The translations under genes were made by a program, and so were the position numbers. Source: Candidatus Aenigmatarchaeota archaeon (GTDB lineage: Archaea; Aenigmatarchaeota; Aenigmatarchaeia; QMZP01; QMZT01). From it: a stretch of 29,235 nt of DNA. Of the stretch, positions 26,533 to 29,235 are shown in pieces. Where the stretch lies: assembly GCA_041489155.1 (NCBI GenBank), contig JBGPQP010000011.1:1-29235 (forward strand). Reading direction: 5' to 3'. Positions within the stretch are counted from its first letter, which is position 1. Every line of letters begins with the position of its first letter. The notes beneath the pieces are model-generated. The model was not told the origin of the DNA. It did no database searches and saw only the letters and a list, made by a program, of their open reading frames with translations.

Positions 26533-26679
26533 ATGTTTGCTTTGTCTCGTAATTTTAAATAATTATCATTATTTTTCAAGCAGGCATAAATAAAAAATTA
26601 GCTTAATAATTTTCATGCTTGATTGCGAGTCCGTCTTATGGGTATCAAACTTTATGCTAACGTTTTAACAGTAAATTAT

Positions 26680-27777
26680 ATGGCCAAAAAAATCGCAATC
26701 CTCGTAATCGGAATAGTTGTCATCGCAATTGTTTCTTTGGCAGTCCTGAAGATGTGGCCGCAAGGGCAGCCGTCTGTAACGAATGCCGATTTCATGCTAC
26801 TCGATGGCGAAGGTCCCAATGCAGGAGGAGAGTTTTCCAGGGAACTGGGCATAAACACGATTCCTATTTATCTTGATGACTGGTCAAAATTCGAACCCGC
26901 AGATGACCAGTGGGACTGGACTGATGCATTCCCGGATAATATAAATGGATACGACCATTCGGTTTTGAGAATTGGCATACTGCACGTACTGGCCTGGAAT
27001 CCGGAAAATATCCCCACATGGGTGGACAAGAATGATATCGATGGCAAGTTCAGGGAGGAATATGGCGAATTTGTCACGGAGGCAGTTAAACAGGTGAAGA
27101 AAAGGAATATCCCTATTGACGTATATCTGGTCGAGCTTGAATCCAATTTCGCTGGCCATGAAATAAGGGAGAATATCACAAACGCATGGATTATAGACTG
27201 GATCAAATGGGAAGTTGAACTGATTAAAACCATCGACCCCGGCGCGAAGATTGCCATCCCCCTGACGCCGACTGAATTCAGGCCGAAGGAGTCCCTTGAT
27301 AACACGGATGATCGTGGGAAAATTCTTCTCGCGGATTTTGTTAAACGGATGATGGAAGCAGATGTCAGCTTTGATGCATTTGGCTTCAATGTCGCCAGCG
27401 GTTTTTATGATAAAATAGACGACTGGAGAGATTTGAAAGCAGCTTTGGACAAATGGTCTGCCATTGACAAGGAAATTTTTGTCTGGGCGATGGGATATCC
27501 TGCTGACAATATTGATAATTTGCCTTTCAACTATCCCAGAACAGAAGGCTATTCCGAAGAATGGCAAAAGGAACAGTATGCAAATTCTTTGCGAATCCTT
27601 CTCGAAAATCCCAAAGTCATCGGGCTATCTATTGATTTGTATGACTATCAAGAACCGGGTCAAAAGACGCCGGTTCACTGGGGACTGATTGGCGGAGACA
27701 GAACAAGACCGGAAACCCTCTTCAATAGGCAAAGCTTTGACGTCGTGAAAGAATACTGGAACGATAATTACAGATGA
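26680..27777 (+). CDS. Membrane-anchored glycoside-hydrolase-like TIM-barrel protein (clan GH-A-like)
   Basis: N-terminal TM; ELGINT, WSKFEP..DQWDW, IPTWV, FDAFGFN, KEIFVWAMGYP, SEEWQ..Y, PKVIG, HWGLI. Confidence 0.65.
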   Translation: MAKKIAILVIGIVVIAIVSLAVLKMWPQGQPSVTNADFMLLDGEGPNAGGEFSRELGINTIPIYLDDWSKFEPADDQWDWTDAFPDNINGYDHSVLRIGILHVLAWNPENIPTWVDKNDIDGKFREEYGEFVTEAVKQVKKRNIPIDVYLVELESNFAGHEIRENITNAWIIDWIKWEVELIKTIDPGAKIAIPLTPTEFRPKESLDNTDDRGKILLADFVKRMMEADVSFDAFGFNVASGFYDKIDDWRDLKAALDKWSAIDKEIFVWAMGYPADNIDNLPFNYPRTEGYSEEWQKEQYANSLRILLENPKVIGLSIDLYDYQEPGQKTPVHWGLIGGDRTRPETLFNRQSFDVVKEYWNDNYR

Positions 27778-27810
27778 AGTTTTCGGAGGACCTCGTTCTC
27801 CCAAGAATGT

Positions 27811-28302
27811 CTAAATATCCCTCGTCATCCTGAGGAACAGCTCTCCTCTCTTCCTTTCGAGGTTTGCTTCATTCTCCTTCTTCAGTCTGTCCTCGAGTTT
27901 CTTGAACCCCGGCCTGAAGCGGCGGTAGGCAAAAATTGCCGAAGCGAGAGCCGCTTTCTCATGGTCGTTCATCCTCTTTTTTACTTCTGCTCTTCCCTTT
28001 TTTATGAAATCCTCGACCAGCAGGCGTTTCTTCTTCTTGGTCATGTTCTTCGCCGGGAGAATCATTTTAGCTGAAATTGAAGCGGCGATTTTCTTCGCCT
28101 GCGAAGGCGGCTTGGCGCGGTCCGTTGAGAGGACCAGAACGTTGCCCATTTTTATCATGCGTTCGAGAATGTCGGAGTTCTGCGGATGAATGAGGGTGTC
28201 AAGATAGATGATGTCGCCAGCCAGATCCAGCAGCGCTATTGACGTGTGCAGCCCGACGTCAATCCCTCCGATGATAAAAGGTCGTTTGTCAGATGGTTCC
28301 AT
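27811..28302 (-). CDS. DUF460-domain protein (RNase H-like fold), short form
   Basis: IGGIDVGLHTSIALLDLAG, LSTD..PP..KKIAAS, NDHEKAALASAIFAY. Confidence 0.75.
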   Translation of the reverse strand: MEPSDKRPFIIGGIDVGLHTSIALLDLAGDIIYLDTLIHPQNSDILERMIKMGNVLVLSTDRAKPPSQAKKIAASISAKMILPAKNMTKKKKRLLVEDFIKKGRAEVKKRMNDHEKAALASAIFAYRRFRPGFKKLEDRLKKENEANLERKRGELFLRMTRDI

Positions 28303-28347
28303 TCAAAATTAAATTGCCGCTAATATTTAAAAAACGCTCGCCTATTT

Positions 28348-28992
28348 ATGCTAATGATAAAAGCGGTGATATTCGATTTTGACGGCGTGATAGCCGACTC
28401 GATGAAAATTATCTACGAGATTTACAAGGCGGTCTGCAGGGAAATGGGCAAGAGGTTCCAGTATTCCATAGACGAGTTCGCCCGCGTCCTCGACGGCAAC
28501 TACAGGAACTTCTACGTTGAACTAGGCATAAGCGAGGAGGAAATCGAGATAGCCAACGAGACCTACAAAAAATACTTCCTCCAGCTGGAAAAGGAAATCC
28601 GCCCTTTCCATGGTATCCACGATGTTCTGGCGGCTCTCAGGAAGAGAGGCATAAAAATCGGCATTTCCTCGAACACACACGAGTTCATAATAAGGCGGCT
28701 CCTCAAGAACTTCGGCATGGAGGAGCACATAGACGTGGTTGTCGGGGGGAAAGATATAAACAAGCTGAAGCCGGACCCCGCTCAGATAATCCTGGCAATG
28801 GAAAAGCTTGGTGTCAGGCACACAGAGTGCGCTTTCGTGGGCGATATGGAAGTGGACATGCTCGCAGGCCGGGCGGCGCACGTGGCGAAGCTGATAGCCG
28901 TCACGTACGGCTACCATGGGAGAGAGCGCCTTGAGAAATTCGGGCCTGACGTGATGGTGAAAAACCCAGTTGAGATTCTCGGTTACATTTAA
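28348..28992 (+). CDS. HAD-superfamily hydrolase (phosphoglycolate phosphatase-like)
   Basis: IFDFDGVIADS, ISSN, KPDP, FVGDMEVDMLAG, VTYGY. Confidence 0.92.
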   Translation: MLMIKAVIFDFDGVIADSMKIIYEIYKAVCREMGKRFQYSIDEFARVLDGNYRNFYVELGISEEEIEIANETYKKYFLQLEKEIRPFHGIHDVLAALRKRGIKIGISSNTHEFIIRRLLKNFGMEEHIDVVVGGKDINKLKPDPAQIILAMEKLGVRHTECAFVGDMEVDMLAGRAAHVAKLIAVTYGYHGRERLEKFGPDVMVKNPVEILGYI

Positions 28993-29043
28993 GCCCAAAA
29001 TTAACAGATAATTTTTAATATTGCTAGTTGGCATATAACAACC

Positions 29044-29235
29044 ATGAAAATCGGCATGGATTTCAATTCGCGCCGCGTCAGGAAATACGGTTTCGTGTTT
29101 TTCATCGCGACGGTTTTTGTCGTCTATTCCTTCTTCAGCGTCATGCGACCGCTGGAGGATGACGAGTCCCTCTATGTCCTTACTGGCAGGGCTATGCTCG
29201 ATGGGGCGCTGGACCCTTTCAGGGTCCTTTATTAC
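29044..29235 (+). CDS. Probable GT-C (ArnT/PMT-like) membrane glycosyltransferase, 3'-truncated
   Basis: MKIGMDF..TM helix..RPLEDDESLY..GRAMLDG: a DE motif after the first TM helix; frame is open to the window end. Confidence 0.55.
   Translation, partial: MKIGMDFNSRRVRKYGFVFFIATVFVVYSFFSVMRPLEDDESLYVLTGRAMLDGALDPFRVLYY

Noticed and set aside
26377..26562. 61-aa hydrophobic plus-strand ORF
   Set aside because: TTG start; it is the antisense shadow of the His-rich minus-strand ORF, which has an ATG, a promoter-like element and a patterned sequence.
1..29235. CRISPR array, IS element, integrase or provirus, including integration at tRNA-Ala
   Set aside because: No regularly spaced repeats, transposase/integrase/capsid motifs or duplicated tRNA 3' end were seen by eye.

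Overview
Archaeal chromosomal segment, most likely from a small-genome DPANN-type lineage. This is inferred from fibrillarin/Nop5, DUF460, ScpA, a BHB-intron tRNA, TATA-box/leaderless starts, and a bacterial-type class I GAPDH. It is mostly housekeeping and fermentative metabolism: fibrillarin (partial), Nop5, a DHH/DHHA1 nuclease, IleRS, iron-sulfur flavoprotein, nnrD, pgk-gap, a SAM methyltransferase, DUF59, scpA, tRNA-Ala(GGC), ftsZ, an aldehyde dehydrogenase, a four-gene group 3b [NiFe]-hydrogenase operon with its maturation protease, an orphan N4-C-type DNA methyltransferase, DUF460, a HAD hydrolase and a partial GT-C glycosyltransferase. No CRISPR array, transposase or integrase was seen. 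The most notable observations are: (1) a twin-arginine-signal L,D-transpeptidase-family gene, a peptidoglycan-enzyme family, in an archaeon; (2) a tRNA-Ala intron at the non-canonical 33/34 position with a full bulge-helix-bulge; (3) a GAPDH with natural NADP-type substitutions close to an NADP-coupled-type hydrogenase; (4) three micro-ORFs missing from the ORF track (Zn-ribbon, His-rich, Lys/Cys-rich); (5) a ribbon-helix-helix gene divergent from ftsZ; (6) a membrane-anchored glycoside-hydrolase-like protein apparently lacking its nucleophile. All calls come from motif reading by eye; no database searches were run.
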